DNA from: Chiloscyllium plagiosum
Taxonomy: Eukaryota
DNA: 62,000 nt
Direction: 5' to 3'
NCBI RefSeq assembly: GCF_004010195.1
Contig: NC_057749.1
Location: forward strand, 11,127,745-11,189,744
Positions 48,957 to 60,544 of the stretch are shown in pieces. The translations under genes were made by a program, and so were the position numbers. Under the pieces are notes generated by a model. It worked only from the letters and a program-made list of their open reading frames with translations. It was not told the DNA's origin and did no database searches. Each line of letters opens with the position of its first letter. Position 1 is the stretch's first letter.

Positions 48957-51208
48957 CACCGATAGCAGATACACATTCGGGGTTGTATATGATTTTGGAA
49001 CCCTTTGAAAACACAGGGGCTTCTTGATCTCCACTGGAAAGCCCATCACACACTGTGGCCTGATTTCTGACCTCCTGGAAGTGGTCCTATTGCCTAAACC
49101 AATCGCTGTGTGTAAATGTGAAGCCCACACGACAAATAATGATTCTATTTCCCAAGGCAATGTGAGGGCAGACTCAGCAGCAAGAATGGCAGCCCAGCAG
49201 CCGCCAAGTGATCAGACTGACATGTGTATGACAAAAATTTGTACCCCAACAGCAGACGTATGGAAGTTACAGTCACATGCCACACCGGAAGAAAAGCGTG
49301 AGTGGACGAAAGCAGGATGCAGCGTGAGGGAAGGAGTATGGTATGGCCCCAATGGTAAACCCTGTCTACCACGATCATCATTATTTCCATTCTATGCCAA
49401 ACTGACACACGGTAAGGACCATGTGTCAAAAGGAGGGATGTATGACAGTATTTCGGGACACTGGTACACTAAGGGATTTACTCATTACTCCCAGAAATAT
49501 TGTGAAGGTTGTGCTATCTGTGCCACTAATAATGTGGAGAGGGGAATACAGATGAGTCAGGCAGCACACCCCCAATCCCAAAAACCCTTTGAACATTTAC
49601 AGATGGATTTTATTGAACTAACGCCCAACAAAAGGAAAAGGTATTGTCTGGTAATAGTTAATATGTTTTCCAAATGGGTGGAAGCGTTCCCCACGTCTAA
49701 ACAGGATGCCAGTGAAGTAGCCAAAGCTTTGCTATTCTCTGGGTAGTTTACAGATGTTCTTGGCTTGGTAGCTCTCCTCCTAACTGTTCAATTTGCCCCA
49801 GATTTATACCCCAAAGCATCAGATTGTGTCATTGGCTTTTAAGATTATCAATATTCTAAATTCAAATGTAATTGGAGTTTGGTACTTTTTTGGGGTATAA
49901 TTTAAATTGATTGGCCTAATTCAAATCTGTTTTTGTCTCCAGGCAACCAGCTACCCCATTTGCTGGACCACATGTTACACTGTATCTTTTTGAGAACACT
50001 TGGTGCTGTCACTGCTAGCTTTTAACTCTCTTAAAGGTATAGTACACCCACATCTTCGTTACAATGATAAAAGAAGTAATGGGTCTGATTAGATAGCAAA
50101 GGGCATGGCTAATTACTAAATGAGTACGTACTTTATTTTTGTTTGCTAAGAAGAGGAAGTTGTTGAGACACTGATTAGGCTGAAAATTAACAAAAAGGAT
50201 GTTTTAGAAATGTTGACTGGACTTCGAAAATTACTAAGCCATCAACTTTTAGGTGGCACTCGGACTGCAACATGAACAAGCATGAAAAAGAATGATAAGG
50301 ACTAAGTGCAGCCAAATGGAATTAGTTTAGACTGGCATCATGGTCAGCATGGACATGGTGGGCCATAAGGTCTGTTCCCATGCTGTACCATTGTATGTTC
50401 CAAAGCTGCATCTGATGCATTGAGGACAGTGAGGAAAATAAGAGTAGAAATTGAGGATGCACGTCCCTTAACCTTGCAATCCTTTTGAGGGATGGTGCTA
50501 TGATTCTGGAGAATTGAAGTGTTACACTGAAAAAACAGTAACTGGATAAGACCAGCAATTATAGGTCATTCGGTTTAACCTCAGCGGTGAGAGAACTTTT
50601 CTGGAATAAATTAAATTAACAGTCACTTGGACACACGTGAATTAAAGAAACCCAACAGAGTTTGTTAAGGGCAAATTTTATAAAGAAACACAAATAATTT
50701 CCTTGATGTTGCAATCGAGAGTTGATAAGAGTAATGCACTAGATGTGGCAGGTAAAGTGCCAAATAATAAGAGTAGTCCACAGAATATAGGGACAGGAGT
50801 AAGAGCAGTCAATCCATTTAACCCCTCCAGCTATTCTGGATTATAGATGGTTATCTCTTCAATGCCATTTTCCCAGACCAGCTAAGGATGGCAGTTTCCT
50901 TCCCCTAAAGGACACTTAAAAGACATTTAGATAAGTACATGAGTAAAAAATATTTGGAGGGATATGGGCTAAGTGCATACAGGTAGGACTTTTTTTTTAA
51001 TTCATTCATCGGATGAGGGCATCACTGGCTAGGCCAGCATTTATTGGCCATGCCTAATTGCCCAGAAGGCATTTACAAATCAACCACATTGCTGTAGATC
51101 TAGAGACCAGATCAGGCCAAACCAGGTAAGGATGGCAATCTCTTTCCCAAAGGACATTAGTGAACCAGATGGGTTTTTCTGACAATTGGCAACCGATTCA
51201 AGGTGTGT

Positions 51209-51239
<31 letters not shown>

Positions 51240-52021
51240 GGGTGTCAGTCATTCAATACGCAGGCAGCCAAAGACTGGAAGGCCGACAACCAGCCCATAG
51301 GAAAGCGACCCAGGGCAGTCCGGTCAGAATGCATAGCAACTGGGTGCTGGGTGGTCGATGACCAGCCTCCAGGAAAGTGGCCTAGGGAGGATCAGTCAGT
51401 ACGCAGGGCGGCCAGAGACCCGAAAGCCGACGACTGTCCTGCAGGAAGGCTAGCCAAGGACGGTCTTATTAGTACATGGTGTGGACCGGTGTCAGTTCTT
51501 TTTGGCTATGTTGGGTCTGTGTCTATGCACTGTTTCTCATTTGACTGGATAATCTTTGTCTGTCGTTGTTACTTTTTGTAATGACTGAAAGTGGGATCTC
51601 AAGTTTGTCCTCATTTCCCTGAAAACTGGTGGAACAGTGGGATTTGGCTTTGCTGCCCCTTTCCCAGAATATCGTTTTTTTTTTGTGAACTGCTGTTTTC
51701 TGTTTATTGTTAACTGTATTTACTTTTTTTATTATTTTATTAATAAACAAGAGTTTCAGACATCTTGTTCACTCTGACAGTTGGCTTAAAGGGAGCTGGA
51801 TCAGTGTCGAGGACTGTATATAAATAAAGGATGACTGGGTGACTGAATTCTGGCCTCTTTGAAGTTATTTCAACAAGCAGGACAGAAAGGAAACCAGTAG
51901 AAGTAGTAGATTTCAAAAAGGCATTTTACCAGGTACCGCACAGTCGTATATTAGGAAAGATAATTGATTGGTTAACTATTCCAATTGTCTTCCTTCTATT
52001 AAAGTGTTTTTAGAATGGCAA

Positions 52022-52365
52022 TCATAGAGTCCCTATAGTGTGGAAATAGGCCATTTGGCCCAACAAGTCCACATCGACCCTCTAGAATCCCAACCAGACC
52101 CATTCCCCTACCCTATTACTCTATATTTACTCCTGACTAATGCACCAAACCTACACATTCCTGAACACTATGGGTAATTTAGCATGGCCAAATCACCTAA
52201 CCTGCATATCTTTGGATTGCGGGAGGAAACCAGAGCACCCAGAGGAAACCCACGCAGACACGGGGAGAATATGCAAACTCCACATAGTCACCTGAGGCAG
52301 GAATCAAACCCAGGTCCTTGGCGCTGTGAGACAGCAGTGCTAACCAGTGAGCCACCACGCCACCC
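52022..52365 (-). mobile_element. HE1-type SINE, antisense
   Basis: Reverse complement of the 31541-31830 SINE family. Confidence 0.88.
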
Positions 52366-52379
52366 CTATTGTAGATGGT

Positions 52380-53045
52380 ATACACTGCTGCTACTAAGCA
52401 TCTGTGTTAGAAGGAGTGGATGGTCGTGAATGTGGTGCCAATCAAGTGGGCTGCTTTGTCCTGGATGATATCAAGCTTCTTGAGTATTATTGGAGCTACA
52501 CCCAAAGTGAGGAGTATTCCATCATACTACTGACCTGTGTCTTGTCAGCAGTGAACATGCTGTGGGAGTCAGAAGGTGAGTTACTCACTGCAGGGTTCCT
52601 AGCCTCTGACTTGCTCTTGAAGCCACAGTACTTATATGGCCAGTCCAGTTCAATTTTTGATCAATGGTAACCCACAAGATGTTGACAGTGGGAGATATAG
52701 CAATGGTGATACCACTGAGTGTCAAGGACTGGTAGTTAGATGGTCTCTTATTGGTAATAGTCATTGCCTAGAATTTGTGTGGCGCAAATCTTACTTGCTA
52801 CTTGTCACTCCAAATCTGAATGTTGTCCAGATCACATTGCATTTGGACATTGACTGCTTCAGTATCTGAGGAATCGTGAATGGTGCAGAACATTGTGCAA
52901 TCATCAGCGAACATCCCCATTTCTACCTCATGATGGAGGAAGATCAATGATGAAGCAGCTGAAAATGGTTGGGCCTAGGGCACTGCCCTGAGGAACTCCT
53001 GCAGAGATGTCCTGGAGCTGAGATGTCTGAGCTCCAACAACCATA
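52380..53045 (-). mobile_element. Old CR1/L2-group LINE RT fragment
   Basis: Minus-strand GVPQGSALGP and MFADDCTMF remnants. Confidence 0.7.
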
Positions 53046-53049
53046 GCCA

Positions 53050-53506
53050 TAGAACAATACAGCGCAGAACAGGCCCTTCGGCCCTCGATGTTGCGCCGAC
53101 CTGTGAACTATTCACAGCTCGTCCCCCTACACTATCCCAAAATCATCCACGTGCTTATTCAAGGATTGTTTAAATCTCCCTAATGTGGCTGAGTTGACTA
53201 CCTTAGCAGGTTGGGCATTCCACACCCTCACCGCATAAAGAACGTGCCTCAGACATCTGTCTTAAGTCTATCACTCCTCAATTTGTAGTTATGCCCTCTC
53301 GTACAAGCTGACGTCATCATCCTAGAAAAAAGTCTTTCACTGTCGACTGTATCTAATCCTCTGATTATCTTGTATGTCTCTATCAAATCCCCCCTTAGCT
53401 GCCTTCTTTCCAATGAGAACAGACCCAAGTCTCTCAGCCTTTCCTCATAAGACCTTCCCTCCAGACCAGGCAACATCCTGGTAAATCTCCTCTGCACCTT
53501 TTCCAA
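53050..53506 (-). mobile_element. CR1 3' fragment
   Basis: EKVQRRFTRMLPGL..RGDLIETYK. Confidence 0.88.
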
Positions 53507-53791
53507 TATATATATATATAGGCCAGGGGGTTTAGTTAATGTAGATGAGGGGAAAGGTGGCTACCTTATCTTATTTTATCTTTGTCCTTGGGAGTGGGGT
53601 TGTTTTCCCCTATTATTTTGTATTAATATATTTAATTATTATTTGTTGAGACTGTAATTTTATAGTCATATACGTTCATATATGGTATTAATATTACCAG
53701 ACATATCCAGGTGTTGGTGTGGGGGGTGGGGGATGGGGGATAGGGTACTCAAAGTTAGTTCTAGTTCAGTAGTATACTTGAATTTTCTTTA

Positions 53792-53885
53792 GTTGAAACT
53801 TTATTGCTGGAACAGCACAGCAGGTCAGGCAGCATCCAGGGAACAGGAGATTCGACGTTTCGGGCACAGGCCCTTCTTCAGGAAT
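53792..53885 (-). mobile_element. Penelope PLTR half-arm next to a CR1 stub and an N gap (53951-54603)
   Basis: Matches the 6830-7036 arm. Confidence 0.75.
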
Positions 53886-54921
53886 AAGGTTCCTCATTGT
53901 AGATTAATGGAGAAAGTGAAGTCACATGGTGTGCAGGGTGTTCTAGCTAGNNNNNNNNNNNNNNNNNNNNNNNNNNNNNNNNNNNNNNNNNNNNNNNNNN
54001 NNNNNNNNNNNNNNNNNNNNNNNNNNNNNNNNNNNNNNNNNNNNNNNNNNNNNNNNNNNNNNNNNNNNNNNNNNNNNNNNNNNNNNNNNNNNNNNNNNNN
54101 NNNNNNNNNNNNNNNNNNNNNNNNNNNNNNNNNNNNNNNNNNNNNNNNNNNNNNNNNNNNNNNNNNNNNNNNNNNNNNNNNNNNNNNNNNNNNNNNNNNN
54201 NNNNNNNNNNNNNNNNNNNNNNNNNNNNNNNNNNNNNNNNNNNNNNNNNNNNNNNNNNNNNNNNNNNNNNNNNNNNNNNNNNNNNNNNNNNNNNNNNNNN
54301 NNNNNNNNNNNNNNNNNNNNNNNNNNNNNNNNNNNNNNNNNNNNNNNNNNNNNNNNNNNNNNNNNNNNNNNNNNNNNNNNNNNNNNNNNNNNNNNNNNNN
54401 NNNNNNNNNNNNNNNNNNNNNNNNNNNNNNNNNNNNNNNNNNNNNNNNNNNNNNNNNNNNNNNNNNNNNNNNNNNNNNNNNNNNNNNNNNNNNNNNNNNN
54501 NNNNNNNNNNNNNNNNNNNNNNNNNNNNNNNNNNNNNNNNNNNNNNNNNNNNNNNNNNNNNNNNNNNNNNNNNNNNNNNNNNNNNNNNNNNNNNNNNNNN
54601 NNNGTGTGTGTGTGTGTATACGTGTGTGTGTGAAACAGAAAGAGAGTGGGTGTGTGTGTATGTGTTGTGTGGGGAGGGGATAATTTATTCAACACTCAGA
54701 GACCTTTATCTGATCATTGACGCACATGGAAGACAGTACCGTTCAGCACTGATGCACTCTGAATTAGCGTGACTCACTACTTGAACCCTGAACGCTGATT
54801 TACAATATTGTGGGCAAAATGCCTCTTTAGAAAGTTCTAATCTGGGTTGATACCCCAGTGTAGTCCTGAGCAGGGGTGTGCAGTCAGAGGCGAATTGTTA
54901 AGAAAAAAGGTCGCATCTATC

Positions 54922-55235
54922 TGGCATGGTAGCTCAGTGGTTAGCACTGCTGTCTCACAGCACCAGGGTATTGCATTTGATTCTACCGTTGGGCGACAGT
55001 ACATTCTCCCCATGTCTGTGTGGGTTTCCTCTGGGTGCTCAGGTTTCCTCCCACAATCCAAAGACATGCAGGGTACGTGAACTGGTCATGCTAAATTGTC
55101 ATAATGTTCAGGTTAGGTGCATTAGTCACGGGTAAGTATAGGATAATAGGATAGGGGAATGGATCTTCAGAAGATTGGTGTGGATTTGTTGAGCTGAAGG
55201 GCCTGTTTCCACACTGTAGGGATTCTATGATTCTA
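54922..55235 (+). mobile_element. HE1-type SINE inserted into an older Deu-domain SINE (~54836-55450)
   Basis: A/B boxes and attctatg tail; flanking ggagtt..cctggagtcctgaccaat..ttgctgtttgtgggagctt resembles the Deu core. Confidence 0.75.
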
Positions 55236-55548
55236 TCCTCTCAAGTGGAGGGAGAAGATACCATAGCACAATTTTAAAGAATAGTAAGGGAGTTAACCCT
55301 GGAGTCCTGACCAATCAACATTGCAAAAGCAGGTCACTTGGCAACTATCATATTGCTGTTTGTGGGAGCTTATTGTGCCCTGTTTCATTGGCTGAGTAAA
55401 AAAAATTTCATTGACCGTAATGAGCCTTGCTGAGGTTCATACAAATGTGACTTTCTTTCTTTATGTATTCTATTTATTCATTAACAACTTCACTGAGGGG
55501 TGGCACTACAAACAATCCATCTCTACCTTAATGATATTGTTGCATTAC

Positions 55549-55680
55549 CTTGTAAGATTGACACCCAAATCTTCCCATCGCAGATATAAAGGTCTTTCTT
55601 GAAAACATCAAACCAGAGACGGCTGGCTTCAGTCTCAGTGCAGGGTGGGTGGCTTCCAATTGTCACCTTCATGTCTGTTT
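55549..55680 (-). CDS. TSPEAR: TSPEAR or TSPEAR-like internal exon, 132 bp, phase 1-1: (E)TDMKVTIGSHPPCTETEASRLWFDVFKKDLYICDGKIWVSILQ
   Basis: aaatcag|AA...CAAG|gtaatg; resembles recalled human [44 protein letters not shown], the linker before the EAR repeats. Confidence 0.85.
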
Positions 55681-55769
55681 CTGATTTCAACACAAGAGGA
55701 GATCAACAACGTTCGTATTTACCAGAGACGAGTCATTGAGTTAGACACTGTGTGGCTTCACTATGGCTA

Positions 55770-56115
55770 GGAGAAAGTGAGGTCTGCAGATGCTGGAGAT
55801 CAGAGCTGAAAATTTCATTTCCCCTCCTCCCACCTTGTCTCAGTCAAATCCATCGAACTCAGCACCGCCTTCCTAACCTGCAATCTTCTTCCCGACCTCT
55901 CCGCCCCCACCCCAGTCTGGCCTATCACCCTCACCTTGACCTCTTTCCACCTATCACATTTCCGACGCCCCTCCCCCAAGTCCCTCCTCCCTACCTTTTA
56001 TCTTAGCCTGCTGGACAAACTTTCCTCATTCCTGAAGAAGGGTTTATGCCCGAAACGTCGATTCTCCTGTTCCCTGGATGCTGCCTGACCTGCTGCGCTT
56101 TTCCAGCAACACATT
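55770..56115. mobile_element. Penelope PLTR fragment with hammerhead core at ~56031-56060
   Basis: CTGAAGAAGGGTTTATGCCCGAAACGTC; same family as 48325-48956. Confidence 0.85.
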
Positions 56116-56149
56116 CCAATCCAGTGAGGGAAGTTGGAAGATTTAAGCT

Positions 56150-56650
56150 GCTATCTTTTTGACGAGAGCCTACTAAGTGAAGGCCTGTCTGTCCTCTAAT
56201 GTAGACATAGAAGAGCCAATGGCACTATTTTTAATAAGAGTTATAGATACATAGAAAACACAGTAAGATTTCATGCACAGAAGGTAGTCGTCTGGCACAT
56301 TATGTCCATACCAGTCGATGAATACCTCGTCACACTAATCCCACTCTCCAAATTTTGATTCCTAAACCCATTGACTGTTCCACCGCATGTTTTAATGTGA
56401 TTATGGTTTTTGCCTGTATTACCCTTTGAACTCGTGGGTTCCAGAACCTCACCACTGATGAGAAAGTTGTTCCAGGTGTCATAGTCAATATTTTTTCAAT
56501 AATTAGTACAGCATTTCTTTTTGTGGGAGCTTGCTACATGTAAATTGCCTGCTATGTGTCAACACTGACTGTACTTCCAAAGTACTTTATTGGCTGTAAA
56601 GCATTTTGGATCTTTCTGTGGCCATAACAGTTACTATATAAATGCAATTT
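56150..56650 (+). mobile_element. Old Deu-domain SINE remnant (SacSINE/AmnSINE-like), interrupted
   Basis: ggcactattt..aagag; tttgtgggagcttgct..aagtactttattggctgtaaagcatttt..ctatataaatgcaa. Confidence 0.65.
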
Positions 56651-57520
56651 AATTTTAATAACTCAATAGTTACTCATAGAAATCTAATGTTATATCACTG
56701 GGATGCTTTTTTGCCATTATTATGGCAATAATGTTTTTTTCAAATTTAAAAAAAAGTTATGATATTTCAGCTACTTTAATCCCATGTGTATCACTGATGA
56801 TTTGTATTTACTCTGTGGAAATTTTAATTGAGTAGAAGATTTTACTGCATTTTACTTTCTGATTTGCTGTTTGAGAATACTTCAGTGTAATTGGCTGCCA
56901 ACTCCCTGCGGTGATATCACTGTTACTGTATGCCTAGTGTTTGTCTTGATCTTGCACATATCAAGAAAGGGAAACTTCATGCCTCAGAGATCACTAGATA
57001 GCAGAAAATCCCTTTAATACTTCAAAGTACTCTTTTGGTATGATCCTAGATATTGAATATTGTTAGATATTATTACTGGAGCGAATCATAGATTTACATT
57101 TAAATAGTTCCCATTTCTGTCTTTGTTCACTCCTTTCCTCAGCAATATTTTGTGTTTGATTTTGTCTACTTTCTGTGGTTTTATTTACCCTAATGAAGAA
57201 GAGCATATCTTCTCAACATCACAACTATTGATCTCACCCTGCTTGGCTGTTGTATGGAACCCCCTACGTGTTAACCCCTTAAAGCCAAATACATAACAAT
57301 ATTGTCAAATTTGATGGAATTTTAATGCATTTACTTTAGGGGAAATTTGGCATGTTAATATGCTGCAGTTTTTCTTATCTGCGATGTTTTGTGTTATGTT
57401 GCTGAAAATATTACTGATGAAATACTTAGCAGTTGTAGTAAAATCATGCGTATACTTAGGATGAAGAAGATTATGAGTACCACATATGCTTGGTCCAGTT
57501 CTTGTTGGATTCATTTGGAT

Positions 57521-57965
57521 ATCAAAGTTGAAACTTTATTGCTGGAACAGCACAGCAGGTCAGGCAGCATCCAGGGAACAGGAGATTCGACGTTTCGGGC
57601 ACAGGCCCTTCTTCAGGAATGAGCAGAGAGTGTTCAGCAGGAGAAGATAAAAGGTAGGGAGGAGGGACTTGGAGGAGGGGCGTTGGAAATGTGATAGGTG
57701 GAAAGAGGTCAAGGTGAGGGTGATAGGTGGGAGTAGGATGGAGGCGGAGAGGTCAAGAAGAAGACATTTCCAACTCCCCTCCTCCAAGTCCCTCCTCCCT
57801 ACCTTTTATCTTCTCCTGCTGAACACTCTCTGCTCATTCCTGAAGAAGGGCCTGTGCCCGAAACGTCGAATCTCCTGTTCCCTGGATGCTGCCTGACCTG
57901 CTGTGCTGTTCCAGCAATAAAGTTTCAACTTTGATCTCCAGCATCTGCAGACCTCACTTTCTCCT
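57521..57965. mobile_element. Penelope-derived fold-back element with hammerhead cores on both strands
   Basis: Inverted arms; ATTC-CTGAAGA-AGGGCCTGTGCCC-GAAA-CGTC-GAAT at ~57836-57871; 3' tail. Confidence 0.88.
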
Positions 57966-58519
57966 TGAATTTTCTTTATCCTATCGTGGGATGCCTGGGT
58001 CAAGGGTGGAGCACTGGTTGGGAGAGGTCATGATGGGTATTTTTTGGAAAGGAAGAGATGCCCCCTGGGAATAAGGGGGAAGATCTCCATTTAAATACAT
58101 TTTATACTTTTTAGAAATTGTTTTTTTTATTATATTGATCTGAATGTACTAAAGAGCTTTTATTTTTGTGAATTTTATATGCTCTATATGCTCGGGCTGT
58201 TTTGGATAAATACGGGTTTTGTTGTGATCTGATGTGAACACATTCCAAGCATGTATATCACTGCTCAATTTGTGTGTTATCCGCTGGATTTTTTTTTCTC
58301 TTGAACAATGTCAGAATTTTAATGATACACTCTGGTTAGTTGTAAGTTGGATGAGTAGTTCGTTGAGTTTTGTCTTTTCTTTTCTCTTGGTATTTCTGTT
58401 TTCTTGTTTGATAGATTTTGGTTATCATTTAAGATTTAACTGTATATCAATGTTTATACTTGGGTCTTTTTTTTAGTTTTTTGTAAACTTGTGGAAAAAA
58501 AAGAAAGCTTTTTCGTTTT

Positions 58520-59700
58520 TTTTCAGGTCAGGGATTTTATTCAAAAAGGGACCACGTTTTTGACCCAGTCCTACAGATCTGTCATGGAGAAGAGGGTGTT
58601 TCATGCTCAAAGTACTCTCCCCCTTTAGTACGCTTTATCATATGTTCGGGTGCGATCTTTCAGAAGACATTGAGCGGTTTTGTGGGGCTGGGAGAAAGAG
58701 CTAGGGATTGAGATCTCTGTGGAGACATGGGAGGACATCTGTGAAAATATGAGAAAGCTTTCAACCTGTAATAGGATGCATGCCATGCAGCTAAAGATTC
58801 TGCATCGGGCCCATTTGGCCCCAAACCATCTCACAAAATTTAAGATGGGGGCATCTTCATTAATGTCCTAAGTGTAAAATAAGTATCAGTACTCTCACTC
58901 ATTATCTGTGCTGTTGCTGCAGGCTCCGTACATACTGGAGTTCTGTGGCAGGAGAAATAGAGAGGACCTTGGGGATCGAAGTTAAGAGGGATCCAACTCT
59001 CTGCTCCTTGGCCTACCCAATTTACCTTTAGACGCTCATGGGGAAAAAACTTTTTAATATTCTCTCTTTTTCTGTGAGGAAAACTATTTTGATATGTTGG
59101 TCTCTGAAAACCCCCAGGGTCTGTTGAGTTGGTGTAGGCTAATCATGGAATATATTCCTTATCCAAAGATGTGCAGCTCAGGTGAATTGGCCATGCTAAA
59201 TTGCCCGTAGTGTTAGGTAAGGGGTATGGGTGGGTTGCACTTCGGCGGGTCGGTGTGGACTTGTTGGGCCGAAGGGCCGGTTTCCACACTGTAATGTAAT
59301 TTAAACCATGCAACTGAAGATTTTTAAAAGATATGGCAGCCCTTTTTGGACTATCTGGACATATATTTATCTCTCAACTTAACTAGGGCTTTTGTGTAGC
59401 CATTACGATCTGATTTAGTGAACTTGATGCTCTTGAAGGAAGAATGTCGAATAAATTCTTGTGTAATACTCAGTGCTCTTGGGCGGAGCTAATGTTTCAT
59501 TGTGCTGAGCTGTTTTATTTATTTACTTACTTATTGCCTTTGATTTGTTTGCCTTGCACATGAGTATAGTTGTATTTGCATTAGTGTTTCTTGTTTTTTA
59601 TATTAGAGAGAGAGCGAGAGAGCGAGAGCAGTGTTTTTTGTTGGTTTATTGTTGTTATAAAATTATTAAAAATCTTTTTATTTGAATGAAAATAGCAAGT
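58520..59700 (+). mobile_element. Decayed L1-clade 3' end, with a SINE 3' fragment at ~59160-59300
   Basis: WEKELGIEISVETWEDI..QLKILHRAHL; ..RAFV stop, homologous to the 21.3-21.8 kb L1 end. Confidence 0.78.
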
Positions 59701-59714
59701 AAAATAAATATGCT

Positions 59715-60290
59715 TCCCCCCCCATCCAAATTATGTACATGGATTGCGAACAGATATGGACCTAGCACTGATCCTTGCAATGCCTCAATAATAAGTCTCC
59801 ATGAAGAATGACCTGTATTCCTGCTCTTTGCTTTCTGTCTGTTAATCAATCCTCAATACAAGCTTATTCCCCTGCAATCTCAGGCACTCTTAATTTCATT
59901 TACTAATCTCATCAAAAAACTTCTAGAAATTCAAATACACCAAATCCATTGATTCTATGCTACAAACAACATCCTCAAAAAAACTCCAAGTTTGTCAAAC
60001 GTGATTCCCTTTCATACATCAATATTGATACTGCCTAATTTTGCCATTTTTTACTAAATGTTCTGTTATCACATCCTTTATAACAGATTGTCACTTACAC
60101 TAATACTGACATCAAATTAATAAGTCTGAATGCCCCCACTCCCCTTCCTCCTTTCTTAAATAGTGAGGTTTCGGTTGCCAACTTCCAGTCAGCAAGAACC
60201 TTTCCAGAATCTGTAGAATTATGAAAGATAAACATCAATGCGTCCACCATCTCCACTGTTACTTCCTTCAATACTCTGGGATGAAGTTCA
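59715..60290 (-). mobile_element. Very old CR1 RT fragment
   Basis: LQGSVLGPYLF and RQKAK remnants. Confidence 0.6.
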
Positions 60291-60544
60291 TATGGAATTT
60301 GAGGAATAGTGGCAGCCTGGATATTAGTTTTGCGAAATGAATGAATCTTAGACTGAAGTATTTAATAGGATTCTTCAGGAACTGGATTCGGCCAACTGCT
60401 TAACTTAGCCGAGATTAATGACCTAAACCTACCTGCACTGGCCACAATGTCAAATTCTGTGGCTGACAAAACCTGGAATTGTTGTGAAATGTGAGGAAAG
60501 CATAGACGTCAAGAGGAAACATGATAGTGAAATGGGAAGACACC

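Larger units (their letters stand above)
45606..49731 (+). mobile_element. Endogenous retrovirus 2 (epsilon-like): 5' LTR, PBS, gag, [PR/RT deleted], tether-RNaseH, integrase N-half
   Basis: LWIKECGFPEAGSFS (gag); VHRPWT (CA); LNPASLLP..PHDC; FVDGSA; CKCEAH..GNVRADSAA; H..H..C..C plus PFEHLQMDFIEL and FSKWVEAFPT. Confidence 0.9.
25886..50063 (-). mobile_element. Gmr1-clade Gypsy LTR retrotransposon with many nested insertions
   Basis: Two homologous LTRs, PBS, PPT, gag with CCHC-like knuckle, and minus-strand order IN then RT then RNaseH; atgg/atga TSD; the flanking old CR1 is continuous across the element. Confidence 0.85.
43199..50063 (-). repeat. Gypsy 5' LTR in three pieces (43199-43280, 45441-45605, ~49732-50063)
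   Basis: Each piece is collinear with the 25886-26577 LTR. Confidence 0.85.

Noticed and set aside
24610..55680. TSPEAR-LRRC49 fusion transcript
   Set aside because: Splice phases are incompatible (1 vs 0) and an assembly gap intervenes; there is no positive evidence
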